A stretch of 64,000 nt of DNA from Vermamoeba vermiformis (lineage: Eukaryota): the NCBI GenBank assembly GCA_045837725.1, contig JBEWZL010000152.1, positions 62,001 to 126,000 of the forward strand, in the 5' to 3' direction. The first letter of the stretch is position 1. Each line of letters starts with the position of its first letter. The translations under genes were made by a program, and so were the position numbers. Positions 35,301 through 50,285 of this stretch are shown here, in pieces. The notes beneath the pieces were generated by a model. It saw nothing but the letters and a program-made list of their open reading frames with translations. It did no database searches and was not told where the DNA came from.

Positions 35301-38300
35301 CGGCCAGTAACTCGACTTTTTGTCTTGTGTCTTCAGTCAATTCTTTGCCAGGCTTTTTCTTGAAGAAACTCTTGCTGGTGTTTTGGTTCAAGGCTTCAGC
35401 GATAAATTTGTCTTTTTCCAAATCGAGAATTAACGATTTTGACATCATTATGGCCTTGTTTTTCTCGCCTTTAGCCCACAGTGTCTTTGCCTCTTCCAAG
35501 AACCACTTAAAATCATCGGACGATAATTGGAGGCTGGCGTTATGTTTCAGCTCAAAAATTGCATTTGAAGCTGTTTGAAATCGACCCGCTTTTCGAGACC
35601 AATGAGCCATTTGCACTAAATAGCTCTTGGATCTGTCATCACGTTCGATAATTTTCAACAAAACGCTGCGTAGAGTTAGCAAGGGCTCCACTAACTCAAA
35701 GTTATTCCGCAAGTTGTTTCCGACACAATTCAAGCTAGCCGTCCAAAGTGACTCCAAAGCAGACATTTCTAGAACGAAATTTAATTAGCAAAGTGTCACT
35801 CGGGAAAATTTTCGATTGACACGTGTCATTTAGATGTCATATCGGAATTGACATACCTTCGCTAGTTGGGATATGTGCATCAAATTTCATAGACACCCCG
35901 TGCAAAGAGTTGGTCGTAGTGCCCGACAAACTAGCATTCTGTGAAACAATGTCTTGCCATCTCAACTTCCAAGCACGCTCAATCTCGTTGAAGAGATTCA
36001 GACGGGTCAACACTGGATAGATATTCTTCGTGCTTTCAATGTTGGTCAAGCTGATGTCATTCACCAAGTGCAAACGAATTTGCTACAACAACGTTAGATT
36101 ATCCATAAATACTATGGCAGGTACTTACTCTAGTCGTGTTGTTAAAGGCCTGTACATCGCCTTCAACTAGAGCTCGCAAGGCGGAGTGCACAGCGAAGTT
36201 AAATCCGATCTGGGGCTGATTTGGCGTGAGATTGGTCGATACAACAGGAACGTTTTGATTGTGCCATTCGCAGTTTCGCCAAGCTTCCTCGTATTGAAAC
36301 TCTGTGCAATGAAGTTACAGTCAGGATATCTGCTTCAGACGGTTCGACTGGACTTACCAGACAGTTCGGGGAACTTGTCAGCACTTTGAATAGCAAAACC
36401 CTTCAAGTACAACTCAACCAAGTGATGATAACCAAGATTTTGTAGGGCAACGAGTAGATCCTGGTGCAACTGAATGACGTCTTGGTTCGATCCGTTAATG
36501 GTTGTGGTAGCTCTCAGGTTAGACCCAGTACGACTGTAGCGCAACGGTTCAGCCTTTGTAACAGCTCTGTGGTGCGTTTGCAAGATTGCATCGTAAGTTC
36601 CGAGCATTTTGGACCAACTGCCTTCGTGCTTGTATTGACGCAAGTCAGCGGAAATGTTCCTACGTAGAATTAGCGACGATATTAAATGAGGCAATAACTT
36701 ACCATCGATCGTAGACTAAGCCATAGATGTAATCAGGCTCGTCAATGTTTGAAAAGATTTGACCAAGAAGCTCGAACACTTCTTTGTAGTTGACCTTCAA
36801 AGCCGAGTTGACGTTCATTTGATCTTCGGACTCGTTGTCAGCCGATCTCATCTTCAAGCTCTGATACTCCTTTTCGTGCCACAATTCGAGGTACAATAGT
36901 GACGTGAAGTACGCGTGACACTGTTGACTGGATCTGGCGACATTGAAGAAATCAAGGGACTTCCAGAATGATATGTCCCAGAGATAAGGCGATCTATACG
37001 GAGCTTTGCTTGCCGTCAATTGATTTGACTCAGACTTGGCTTGCGTCACAATTGACTTGACAGTTTGTTGTCGCAAAAAGTTCAACGCATCCAAGATCAG
37101 CAGTTTTGACTTACAAAGAAAGTGTCAATACACTATCAACATTCCATTATAAATATTTTACCTTGGGTTCAGAGTCCTTGATGAGATTTCGTCCGAGTTT
37201 TCCGGAAAGATCGGCAAAGCCTTGATCAAAAAGATCTTCGAGCAAGTACGGGAAAATGAACTCCGCGAACTCCACGCTGTTTTCACACAACGGAGCAACA
37301 AGCTTGAGCACTTCATCTTGCACGCCGTACTTGCTAACAGCATTGGTGAGTTCACAGAGCCATACCGCGTACTGTTTCTTGTGCGTCCTCCAAAGATATT
37401 CCGCGCTCAAAGTTGATTCCGAAGGAATATCCAGCCCTTGATTTTCCTGCGGTAACAATAATTCATAAGTAAATGTTGATATTAGTGTAAAGTTTCAAAA
37501 CTTACCGAGTTATTTTTGGAGCCAGATTTGGAAGGCTTGTACGGATTCAAATAGTTCTTAGCCTCATTGTCCAAATACTCATAGGCCTCAGCACCAGACT
37601 CAGTGCTTAAAATAGACTTGAGACACTTGCACGACAACTCGATCATCTTCACTTGCGGATGGATCAAGTAAGCGCTCAATCTTTGCAAGATTTCGACCTA
37701 CAAAACGTCAGCCTTCCATCAAAGGAAAGTTGAATACTCGCCGTACCTTCGCTTGCATGAACTTGTACTTGGCGTTGGGAATTTCGATTCCAGCTTGTAA
37801 GGCGTTCTGCACGGATTGATTTGGCATCAAGGCGCTACTGCCGTTTGGAGGCTTCTTTGAGCTAGTTCTGATCAACGGTTTGATGCCACCAAGCTCGCCG
37901 AGGCACTCACCAGCCTTGATTTTAATAGCCTCGTCGTTTTGAGGAGCACAGAGTGTCAGCAGAGACCAAACCAACTCCGCTAAGTCCTCGCGAGCTTTGG
38001 ACGTGTCACTATCGTCTTGCAACAGCTTGCCTAACTCTTCTTTGCGAGTAGCTAATTGTGTCTTCAAGTGCAACAATCGCGAGGATAAATTGACATTGAT
38101 GTTGTACTGCGAGTTGAAGGGATGTCTGATGAACCGTTGAATCTCGTCCTGTAATGTGCACGTGCCTCGCAAAGAGTTGTAGAGCTCGTTGATTTGTTGG
38201 AACTGAGGTAACTCTGGGAACGGATCCATCAGCTTGATGACATCGTTCAGTGAACCGTTAGAGTCCAAAATCAAGAACTTAATGACTGCCAATGCTTGGT

Positions 38301-41300
38301 GGCCAAGTTCATTGTCATGCACCGCGTATTGAGTCAAAGAAGCGATGATCTACGAGTAAATTTTTAGCTTGAAAGTGAGTGTGCAACGGTACTACTTACC
38401 AGCTGCAAATGACGCATCAACTCGACCAAGTTGTTCTTCAACGAAGTCTTGCAAACTTTGCTTAACAGCTGCACTGCCTTTGACTGCAATTCAGGGTACT
38501 GAATCAGACGAAGGATCGTGTGGACAGCGTCACGTAAGATACTCGGCTTGCACACGTAGTCGTCAAGTAAGTCCACGAAGAACTCAATCACAAACGCGAT
38601 GCGTTGACGTTCCTTGACACGACAGGCCTTTGCAAGTTGAATGTTCAAATGAAGCAAAATCTTTTGTACCCGACCCCTATGACAATAGAATCAGTACAGC
38701 GTGGCAATGCATTTTCAGAGGTTATAAGTTATTTGATATTGGCAAGTGCCGATACTTTCGGCTTTGTGCCCAAAACAAACAATCCCTTTTTTAGAATCAC
38801 AATAATAACAAAAATCACTAATAAAATCTTATTGCTGCCGAAAACACCACGTAATTGCAGTGCATTAGCAAGACTAGGACTTACCTTGCTTTGTATAACA
38901 AAGACGGGACGTTCTCTTTGTTGAATCCTTGCTTCAAATGTTCGATGACTTGCTTAACTGGCTTGCTGCTGTACGAAGGTGGATCCGGCTCAAAGTCTTC
39001 AACAGGCTCTTTTGTCTTGGCATCAAGTGGAGGCAAAACAATGGAGTCCAATAAATGAAGAATGATCTGATCGAGCTGTGCTGGAATCAATTTGTTGATT
39101 TCCTCGGCCTTAAGGTAATTCTGCAAGAAATCCTCACAAATAGCAACGCCCAACTTTTTGCTCTTCGTGTAATACAACGGGAACGACAGCGCAAAAATAG
39201 GTGCGAAGTTTTTCCTATGAATCAGAGAAGATTAACATCGCGCGTATTTGGAAATCGCGTTCTTACGTAATTATGGCGGAAATATCTTTCTGAAGGGTCT
39301 TGGCGACGAATTCCAAGTTGGTTTTGTCGAGCAAAAACACGACCTTCGGCAAAATGATCGAGATGTACTTCTCCAAAAACGCCTTCAGATCGCCAGGTTT
39401 GTGAGGTTTGAAGCCGAATAGTTGAATTGGAAACGATTCAATAGGCTTCTTAAGAGTCTTGATCCACTCGCCAAACACAAAACTAATGTGCTCGGTCAAA
39501 AAGTCAAGTTTGTTGCTGTAGCCCATTGCCGTGGACACGTGCTCGATTATCTGTGGAATTAGGTCTGCCAAATCAAGGCGGCTGGAGTACTTGAAGAAGG
39601 TCAAGATAATATCCCGTTCGTTGTCAGTGCTGTAACATGCGATCTCTCCAAGTGTCAATAGAGCTGTCACGCGATGTTCTTCTGAGACAGTTTCATCCTC
39701 TAAACACAAGAATAAGTCATTGTGCAGGTCCATCATAATCAATAGTAACTTACCCTTGAGCAAGGGGCTGAGGAAGTTCTTGACATCTTCGTAGATCGAC
39801 ACGTGTTCAGTGAAAAGCAGGAACAATAGGATTATTCCGCGGCTCATTGCCAATCGCACGCGATAGTCAGGATCGTTGATCATTTGCAAGAAGTGATTTG
39901 AGACTTCATTGTGCTTGCTGACCAAGTTCTCATCTTGTTCTAGCTCGAGCTTCAAAAATTCTTGAATGCACGCTGCCAGATCCAATCTCGTGGACCAATC
40001 CAGCTTTGATTTCTTCCACAACTCAATGAAGATATCCAGCACATTGAAGCACTTTTGCACGAGCTGGACCCACGTGATTGTCTCTTCATCTGCCTCGTTG
40101 AACTTGTCCGTATTTGCCATGCGACTGACGAGGCCATTGAGCAGCTTCAATATCTTACACCTCATTTCTACGTACAGAATTAGCAAGAGTAACGCAATTA
40201 TAAGAATGGTCCTTACCGCTATCACCAACAACTTCAGGGTAGTCCAATGCCTTGCAAAATCGATCGAGGACTTGTTGCGTGTACTTTGCGGAGTTGAAGT
40301 GAATCAAACACTTGCAGATCTCGAACACGAGTTCAATGTTAGATGTCTTGGTCAATGCTCGATACAACGTGTCTTCTATAGTCTTAATGTCAAGTGACGG
40401 GAAGTTCTTGTTCATAGCAATGAGTCGCACGCACGAGTGAATGGACTAAACAAATATTTGTTAAATATACTTCAATAATTTATATTGATTTATACCTTTT
40501 CACTTGACTCGGCAAAAGGAACGCTAGCCATAGAAGATTTGTTATGAGACGTGCCAACCTCGTCAAGATCGATGTCCATGGCTGACTCGGCGTTGTCGGA
40601 AGAAGGCTCCAATCCGCTCATTTTCAGCAAACTGCCCGATGTAGCCTTTTTGACCTCTTCTTTCAGAAAGTTGGTCAAGTAGTTAACGAGCGGCAAAACC
40701 ATTTGCTCGTAACTTTGCATGTTAGGCTCGTTCCAGATCGTGAATAAGTTTTCTAAGTCACTGAAACACTTATTCAACAATCTATAATCACCTTCTAACC
40801 GCCGAACATTTCCTTCGGCAAAAGTTAACATCTACAAACAAGGGTCAGTTAGTTGCCTTATTTGGTAATTTTGAAAAAACTTACGGATTCGAGAAGGTTG
40901 TGTAAAATAGTAGCCGTGTCTTGCTTGCCACTGCCGCTATTATTTTCTTCGTGCAAAGGAGTGTACTTGGACAAAATGAGCGCGAGTATTTGACAGTGGT
41001 GAAGTAACTTGCTCAAAGTGATAAACAGCTTATTTCTATCAACTCCGAGTGTTTTTTTCTACAACAAAAAACATTAGCACGTGGACAATTCCAAATTTCA
41101 TTCATACCTTTGCTTCGATAATTTGCTCACCGTCCTTCAATAAATTATTGGTGATGTTGCGCATGTAATCGACAAGATAGTCTTGCAAGCTGAGCTTCAG
41201 TCCGTCTGATATTCTAAACCTGTGAGACATCTTGGCATCGCGGTGCAATGAAAAACTATTTGCACGACTGATGTAAGTGCCTTCAATAACGCTGTCGTAG

Positions 41301-44300
41301 ATCACATCGACGAGACTGCCCTCACGAGACTCTCGATTTTCAGCGTACAAAATTCTCGTTTCTAATAAGACATTAGCGTTAGTATATTCTCGTAATAATA
41401 GTAGACGCTAGTACCTTCTACTTGAGTCAATTGTGCTTCAAGTTTCATTTGATGTTTGTCAAAGTCAATGGTCATGTCCTCGAGGCACGGAATGCTAATG
41501 CCATGCACAATCGTGTTGGCGGAATGTAAAATCTTCTTTTTGGCGTTGTCCTTGAGCGGCCTCAAATCACCAGCATTTTGTTGGAAATTAAGTTGCAAAA
41601 GTGTAATAATCGCTTGTGACACGAGTTTGGGGTATCTATTGTCTTCCCATTGCACACGTGTCTCGTAGACTTGTCTTAATGAAGAGCAAATCCATTGTAA
41701 ATGCTTTTCTCGGCGAGAAGAGCCTTCTAATGTATCAACTCCGTCTTCACGAAGCTCGTATTTGTTCAAAAATGTTATCAAAAAGTCAACAGCGGTCCTA
41801 TAAAATTATCATTAGAGATGACTTTAAAGCCTTGTTATTAACGCTTACCAAGTACACGGGTGAAAGTCGTTGAAGACGAACAACTTCCACACGTTGCCTT
41901 GAATAGCCGTAACGACCTGCGCGTCAATTAGCTGATGCTCGACGATCAGTTTCATGACTCGCAGAGCACAATCAGCGACGTTGGTATGTGCGTGGGATAT
42001 CTTAAGCACGAGTGCTTCCCAAGCCCTGATCCACGCATCCTGCAAGACCTTCATTTCTTGCGATGTTTGTCGCGTGCCAGAACTACAAAAGAGTTAGGTA
42101 AATTGCTTGTTCTCGGCAAAAAAAGTACTTACAATGAATCTGAAGACTGACTCAGTTGATTACTGTCGCTTAAAATTGACTTGACGTGAATAGCAGAGGC
42201 GATAATAAGCGGATAAAAACATTGCACGACCCAGATTTCTAGTTCAGGTTTCTCTCGCACTCTACAAACAAGTATTAATACTGCTGGGGTCGCACAACAT
42301 ATATTATATAAGATAGATCTCGGTGCTTACTTTTCACTTAGTGAGCTAAATGAGTGAATCAAGCGCATGCACGCGTGGAGATCCACTAACTGCGGGTGCT
42401 TAGAAATCAATATGATGAAGAATTGGATCCTGAAAGATACTACTGTTAGTGCCGAGCTAGAATAAAAAGGCTCTTCATACCAAAACAAGTTCATTGAAGT
42501 CGTGTTGAATATTTGTGACTCGAGGACTTCAACAACATTAAACGTGACTTTGCGCTTCTTTCGTGCTGAGCCTTCACTGCCCTCTGATTGGCCAGAAGAT
42601 GACGTCATTGATTGCGAGTTCTGCGAAGCTTTCTTGCAGAACACATCTGCTGCAAGATCTAGAAACACGAACGCGGAATAATTCAAGCGATATTCCGCCG
42701 TCGTTGAACCCGTCGTCAACTGTTTCAATCTTCCAAGGTACTGTGGGTGCGATGAATATTCATTCAACTCGCGTGTAACGACCCTAAAAGTGTGAAGTTA
42801 GTCGTGGCTTCTTTGGATCTGTCCTTTGAGTTGCTCACTTATAAAGCCCTTCTAGTTCAGGAATACTTCTCTCAACGCCAGATAAGCTCTTGTCCATTCG
42901 CATTTGCAGTCTGAAAAACTGCACGAATTGTTCTTTGAGTTCGGGTGTTCGGGTTGAAGGCCATTTCTTCAATATGATGTCATTTAAGCTCTCTGCTACG
43001 ACTTGAACGCTTCGCCCGTCGTTAATTCCCCAGTTCCTTAGCACGTAATTCAAGCAATAAAATAAGTAGTACGATGTTTTGTTGTCTTGGCTGGTTCAAA
43101 CAAAATGACGTCAGATCCCGCAAATTAATGTCTCATTCTCACGGTACGTACCAGTTGTCTATTAAATAGTTCACGATAATGGTTTTGATCTTGGGAAAGA
43201 ACCCGGCTAAATCGAATTGAAAACTCGTGATAAGTGTCATCAAGACACGTGCGTGTGTAATGTGATTTTTGTCGTTTGGATTGCTTAATAGCTTGCTATA
43301 AGTTGATAGTAGTTCTATAGAGCTGTTAGTTAACAAAAAATTCGGTGTCAAATGGTCATTGATGTGGTGCGGATGTGCTTCACTTCGTCATCCAAAAAAG
43401 CGGATGTATTACCTTGGAATTGATTTCCGCGTAATAGTTGGCAGTAAGCCGGGATTGGGAATAGATAATTTAGCATAATGTTGCTATATTCACTGGCTAT
43501 ATCCGTCACGAGTGTTTCTTCTTTGAGCACATCCGCGATATGTTTGAATATCTTAGGAATGCTTTTGAATAGCCTTGGACCACCTATAATATTAGTTAAG
43601 GAACGTGGTGTTTCATAAGAGCAAATGAATGCGAATGCACGTGCTTAGCAGAAGCAAGTAATTGAGCTGATCCGATCCAGATTTGGATGCAGGCTACAAA
43701 TAATTGAAAGGATACGTGCTTCTATTTGCTTGAAAAATTCTTTCATAACCATGACGACATCCGTAATATTTGTTTGAATTGTCTTCTTTGTAGTGGTAGT
43801 TTTTCCAAGTACTCGTTGGCGCTCTTTGTCAATGCAGTTAATCAGCCCTTCTACGATTTTGTTCCACGTAACCTTCTTAGATAAGTCTATGAAGATAATA
43901 TGAATATTGTAATCATGCTTGCGGTTATAAAAATTGCAAGGGAGGATCTCGATCGGCCTTAGCCTGGACGATTTTGTTTGAAATAATTATCAAAAGCATT
44001 GCTGTAATTTATTAACAGGCTTTTTCTGCGAAACGCTTACCGGCACTCTTGTCATTTTCAATGGTATTTTGATCTATGGCTGAAAAAACTGTCTCGTGCT
44101 TAATTAAAATTTGCAACTGGTCCAATGCATTCTAAATAATATGTTAGTAAATACAGTGGAATACTAAGCTATTTGATTGCCATTAAAAAATAAGAAAAAA
44201 TATTTAGTATTTTTTCCGCCATTTTTTGGATCAAAGGTTTTCCTAAATAAGCGAAGCATTCGTCGTGACTACGAACCTTTCGATCTTTGACTAACGTATA

Positions 44301-44351
44301 GTTAAATAAAAGCTCAGTATATTGAACTAGCTCTTTTAATAGATTTGACAT
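32334..44351 (-). CDS. ATM: Serine/threonine kinase ATM/Tel1 (PIKK family), many exons
   Basis: N-terminal TAN-like LVKDRK, HEAT region, FAT domain ([15 protein letters not shown]), kinase motifs [37 protein letters not shown] and [11 protein letters not shown], and FATC ending [18 protein letters not shown]. Confidence 0.96.
32720..32731. promoter_or_regulatory. Intronic palindrome TGACACGTGTCA (other perfect copies at 35817, 48434, 49018, 49308 and 59196)
   Basis: Perfect 12-bp palindrome seen six times, each within a predicted intron. Regulatory function is inferred only. Confidence 0.55.
38702..38867 (-). mobile_element. Intronic ~165-bp repeated element, copy 2, in ATM intron 38677-38884
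   Basis: About 97% identical to 14067-14231, with the same orientation relative to the host transcript. Confidence 0.75.
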
Positions 44352-44857
44352 ATGTAACTTCCGTGCTTAGCAGCCGTCACACTAAGTCAATAAATATATA
44401 TTACCGAATAAAAATATTAATAAAGGTGCTCATGTGTTCTTCTCCGAACTGTTAATAATAAGAATCATAAGAGCAAATTAAATTGTTTTTAAATGAACCG
44501 GCCCGCAAGGTACGAATTCAGCTTCGTGCGTCCTATCGGCATTGAATTTTTAAAACCTCGCTCCTATGTTCATACAATCACATACTAGAAGTATTTCACT
44601 GCTTACGGAAAGCGGACTGGTGAATCTCGGACGAACAAAGGGTTTATGAAGACTAAAAGCTTTTATTCTATTCGACTAAGAATTGAATTGTTTTTAATAA
44701 ATGTGTTCTGCCGCTTTATTTAATTAAAACATGCACACAATAAAATCGATAAAATAAAAACGGTAACGTGTCAAAAACCTGTCATCAAGATTTTCTGTTT
44801 ATTTTATTTATTTCGTTAGCCAGTAAACCACAACTGACAAACATACAGATGATAACG

Positions 44858-46000
44858 ATGTCCAAAATTCTGTTGTTTGTGTGCTTGGCATTATTTGGTA
44901 TTGCCGTTTACGGACAATACCCAGATATCAGCTTTATAAACGCCAAATACGAAGAGCGCCTCAACTTCCACGGACTTGTAGCCGAATATCAACGATTTCT
45001 TCAATACCACTGATAATTCAATAGGCCAACTGTTACTGGCAAAACTGACTTGGTTTCAAACGTCCCCTATACATCAATTCCATGCCACCAACTACCTTGA
45101 CCCTACCCATATACTCATTCAACGTTGGCCAACCTCTCATCTTTACTGTTGTCGCCGCAGATTGTGTCTCGGTACAGCAACCACCTTGTACCGAATAGCA
45201 CTAGTGCCAACATTACTGGTTGAAGATGGACAAAGCTACTCTTTCGTCTATATTGGCCACAAGCTAGACAATGATGACCCATCGGTGCAATAACTAACTT
45301 TCCTACTGCCTTATTGCTTCCTTTCTGAGGAGCGTCCTTCAAATCCTGTCTCCTTTCGGAAAAGCTCTCGTAAGAATCGTGAACGTTGCTAGTAAGTACT
45401 AGTTGCAACAACAATTAGCCTATTGGTCGCGTATTAATGACACCTACGATATAGTCTCCACCTTACGATCCCCCTTCAAATATGGTCGTTAACTTTGACT
45501 GGAGATAGCGTTGCAGGTCAACTCGTCTACTGTCCCCTTCGGCCAAGCCTCTGATTTCCTTGTATATGACGCTGCTGTTAGCTGTGACTCTTAACTTCAC
45601 TCTGCCTCTTTCGAGTGGTAGTATCCATAGTAAGTTCTACAGTGACAGTCCTGTTACGTGATTACCTTTTGCTGACTTTCATTCCTTCAGGATCTGATTC
45701 CCATTACTTACCGTTGTTAACCAAACGGTGGTGGTCTATATTCGTGGTGATATTGGCCCTACTACGCAACAATGGGCAATCTTGACCACACCGGTTGATT
45801 TTCCTCCTGCTCCTCCCACCGCTCCTGTTGCAGCTCCTACTACTCCTATGGCCTCTGAACCTGTCAGTGAACCAATGACTGCGACCCCTACCGCTCCTGT
45901 TGCCCCCACCGCTCGCACTCCCACGAAGAAAGTCTCATCTGCTACCCAAACCGTTGCTCAAATCGCCGGTGTTGCTGGCTTGATGGCATTGCTCTTCTAA
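44858..46000 (+). pseudogene. Secreted DUF4397-like, Pro/Thr-stalked, GPI-type surface protein gene with multiple frameshifts
   Basis: Signal peptide MSKILLFVCLALFGIAVYG. Fragments EDGQSYSFVYIG, EERPSNP and GKALVRIVNVA match the domain at ~23980-24370 but fall in different frames. The P/T-rich tail is intact. Confidence 0.6.
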
Positions 46001-46302
46001 ATTAATTTGGCTTGCTTGTAATGCCCATAAAGCAGTTATATTCAGGTTTCAGAATTTGTCCGTCAGATTTCAGATCCTTGCCATAAGCCGCTTACAATGC
46101 CAAAGCCGTAAAGGGTTCATATTAACGAATGTTACGGAATATCATGATTGCCGTATGACGGCAAAGATTAGCCACAACTGAATCAAACAAAATATCGAAC
46201 GAGATCCACCTAATCTTTTTTTAGTTATTTTTGGCTCTGCCATTTCGTTCTCTTTTTCTTTGTAATTGTATTTTTACTAAGATCACCATCACCAACTTCA
46301 AA

Positions 46303-49300
46303 ATGATGGACTCTATTGAGGAAGAGGATCGTAGTAAGTAAATTAGTAACAATCTTTCTAATGACGTTAGTGCGAGAGATCTCTTTAACTAACTTGATTG
46401 CACTAAATGATTGATAATATATTTTATGTCGTCGTTTACGGAATCCATACAATCGCACGATTATTGAAGGATGTGAGCTGATCATAATATCTTTAGTGCT
46501 TCTTGGCAATCAAAGGCCAAAAAAGCGAAGATTTCCTATTGGTGCAAAGGTAACACTAAATGATTCGTATTTTCAGTTACTGTTGACAGGGAATTGTCGT
46601 TTCATTTTGTAATTTCGTGATCCGAATCTATTTTCGTTCCGTAGTTCTCCTGTGAATAAAACTCTAAAATTTTTAGATTATAATTCTAAAATTAACTAGT
46701 TAATTTGCGAAGCGAAAACCATTTTGAAACTTCGGATGCATTTAAATTTGACACACCGCCAACTAACCGTATTAGAAATTATTCTTTTAATTAAATTATG
46801 CTTTGTAATTGCGTGATGTCAAATGAATTCAGAGCTAACGTATTGTTTGTAGATCGGAGTTGCCGTTGCAGTTTTAGTAGTCGCAGCGGGCCTGATTACA
46901 GGCCTTATCTTGTGGATGAAAAATGACCATCCTAATTATCAACAAATGATATTCGATACTATTAAGCCTGAAGGCGCAAAAGCTACTATTAAAGAACTCA
47001 GTTCTTATCCTCATATCGCTGGATCTCCTGAAAACTACCAAGCAGCCGAATGGGTACAACAAAAGTACGATACAATACAATCACCTTTCAAAATAATTAT
47101 CTTAAAAGCAAAATTTCTCCTTTCTCCTTTTTGTTGGATCCGACAAGCGACTTATTATTAAATCGATGGCTCACTTCCAAAATTATAAAATATAGCAATA
47201 ATATTATAATGTGACTATAGGTTCAAAGAATATGGTTTCCCACATACTTGGATGGAATCTTATCCAGTCCTATTGAATTACCCTATGTCTCGTGTTGTTG
47301 AACTGGTTGGCGGTGCCGCTGAGAACTACTCGTGCGTTATGGAAGAAACTGTACGTTATATTATATATTTACATCATTATAAGAACGCTAAACTAGTTAG
47401 CTTAAATCAAAGCCAGTACGCGATCCGATCGATTTTTTTTTGTTCGAAAAGACGCATACTAATGACTCAATATTATATCTAAACAGTCCTATCAAAGTTT
47501 CGACGGCACTTCAGGCGATCCTCGCGCCATTGCGACCTTCAATGGCTACTCTGCTTCAGGCAACGTAACAGCTGAGCTCGTGTACGCGAATTACGGTCGA
47601 ATTGAAGACTATCAATATCTTGATGCTAAGAATATTTCAGTCAAGTAAGTACTGTTCTTCTTAATGGACTAGAATTTATCAAGCGTTGTTTTTTTTCGAT
47701 CGCCTCAAAAAAGATCCAACACAAAAATTTATTTGTTCTTACAACGCTACCTTTCATAGATACTCCGCAGATAGCTTTATAGTAATAATGACATTTTAAT
47801 TAGAGACAAGATTGTTATCGTTCGTTATGACAAGATCTTCCGTGCCGATAAAGTACACATGGCCGAGAAGCGTGGTGCAAAGGGAGTGTTGATCTATTCT
47901 GACCCCGCTGACGAGGCTAAGGGCACTGTTTATCCGTATGGTCCTTGGAGAGCTCCCACTAGTGTGCAGCGTGGTACTGTTTGGATCGGCAATGGAGATC
48001 CAACTACACCTGGCTATCCTTCCACACCGAACAGTCCTCGCTTGACTTTAGACGAGGCACGTGACCCTGCCAAGAACTTGTGAGTGCATCTATATTTGGG
48101 TCCATTAGAGTTCATGTGACTCAGAAATTGTTTTCGGATCCCTCGATCTAACACGTGTTTTTTTCTCAGGAACACGCCTTTGCCTACTATTCCCGTTCAA
48201 CCTTTGTCTTACTCCGATGCCGAGCCTTTGTTGCGCGGTAAGCAATAAAAAGCTTTTAATCCTCCGACAAGTTCTAACGGTGATTTGTCATTAGCTATTG
48301 GAGGCAACAACATTCCTAGCGATGATTGGCAAGGAGGCTTGAACTTCACGTATCACATTGGCCCTGGCCCCGCTGTAGTATACATGAAGTAAGTCCGTCA
48401 CTATTATTAGACACCTTGGTACGGTGTCCAAAATGACACGTGTCACGATCTGTTCAGTCGACAATAGGAGCGTTTAGTTAACGATGTTTTTCTTAGTATT
48501 CAATTGAATTTCACCGTGGTCAACATTTACAACGTATTTGCTAAGATTCCGGGCTCCGTTGAAGACGACAGACTCGTCCTTGCTGGTGGTCATCGTGACG
48601 CTTGGGTACGGAACGACAATGACCCCATTTCTGCTTAATAGTAGTATTAATTCTATGGTACTATAGACTTTTGGTGCTGGTGATCCTATTAGCGGTACTG
48701 CTACCTTGTTGGAAGCAGCTCGTGGCCTCGGCCAGATCTACTCTCAAGGTAAGACTTTTCATCCTTATTTTTAACTTACCAAGTTACTGTACTTTGTCAA
48801 TGAACCGTAGATATCTTGTACTTGTTGGCTAACGTTGATGGTTAGGCTGGAGACCTCGTCGCACTATCATGTTGTGCTCATGGGATGCTGAAGAGTACGG
48901 CCTCGTCGGTTCAGTTGAATTTGCTGAAAAGCACTACAAAGCCTTGACTGAACGCGCCATCGCTTATCTTAACGTCGACATTGGTGTAAGTAATCAACAA
49001 CTAATTTTTGAAATCTTTGACACGTGTCATTAATCTTCCGATGACCTAGGTCTCTGGCACGGACTTTTTGACCGCTGCCGGCACTCCCAACCTTCGTCAA
49101 ATGATGGTCGATATTACTAAGGCCGTTCCTGGTCCCACTGTTGATAACGTGGCTACTACTATGTTCGAGTTGTGGAGCAAGTACGGCAATGATTCACGCA
49201 CTCAGTTGCCTATCTTCGATACGTTGGGCTCTGGTTCTGATTACACTTCTTTCCTCCAAGTACGTATAAAACAAGAGCATTCAATATCGCTTCTATTGAC

Positions 49301-50197
49301 TGATTCGTGACACGTGTCAAAGTGTCAAAGTGTCATTTGCTAACCCCTCATTTTCTCAGCTCGTTGGAGTTCCTAGCATGCACATTCAGTTCGACAGTGC
49401 CGATGGCAAGTACGAAGGAGTGTATCACTCAAACTACGATAGCTTCTACTGGTACACTCAGTGGGGCGATCCAAATTTCGAGTACCACGCTAGCTTGGCT
49501 AAAGTTTTTGGTATCATCGTTAAAACTTTGAGCGGTACGTAAAAATGTTAAATAATAACGTTATAAAGCATACTAATGATGTTTATTTATAGAGTCTGTT
49601 GTTCTTCCGTTCAACTACATCGATTACGCTGGTGATTTGACTGCCTTTGTCGAGGAGCTTGAGAAAGGCGCCACTTCGAAGTTCAACAAAACTTTCTCAG
49701 AATTTAATATTTTGAAGGACTCTGTAAGTGACAATGATTTATTATTATTGGAATGCAATTTCACTGAACTAACTTTGGTTCATGAATAGTTGACTGCGTT
49801 CAGCAAATGCGCTAAATCGGTCCAAGACGATGTCAATCGATACACCAAGCTTGCTAAGGACGAACGTGACTACGAGATTGAGATCCGCAAGTTGAACGAT
49901 TTGTTGATGTTAACTGAACGCGCTTTCATCGATTACAATGGCCTGCCTAACAGACCGTTCTTCCGTCACATTGTTTACGGTACGGAATACGATTCTCAGA
50001 AAAACCAATTTTGCTAATATTTGATATACAATGCAGCACCCAGCCAATACGACAGCTATTTCGGTCAAGCTTTCCCTGCCATTTCGGACGCTATTTTCAC
50101 TGCGGATCAAGACAGCTTGATCTGGGCTCTAAAATACAACTCGTTGTTCATTGACGGTGCGTCAAACTTCTTGTGCTATCAAAACAGCGATTTTTAA
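46303..50197 (+). CDS. Glutamate carboxypeptidase II / NAALADase-like M28 peptidase (type II membrane, PA and TfR-dimer domains)
   Basis: [98 protein letters not shown] and [16 protein letters not shown]. Start is approximate. Confidence 0.92.
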
Positions 50198-50285
50198 ACT
50201 TAAATTTTATTAAGTACTACTGCTATTGTTTGTTACAATCTAAATTCTGCTTACTTTAATATAGAAACTATGCGTTAAATTATAT

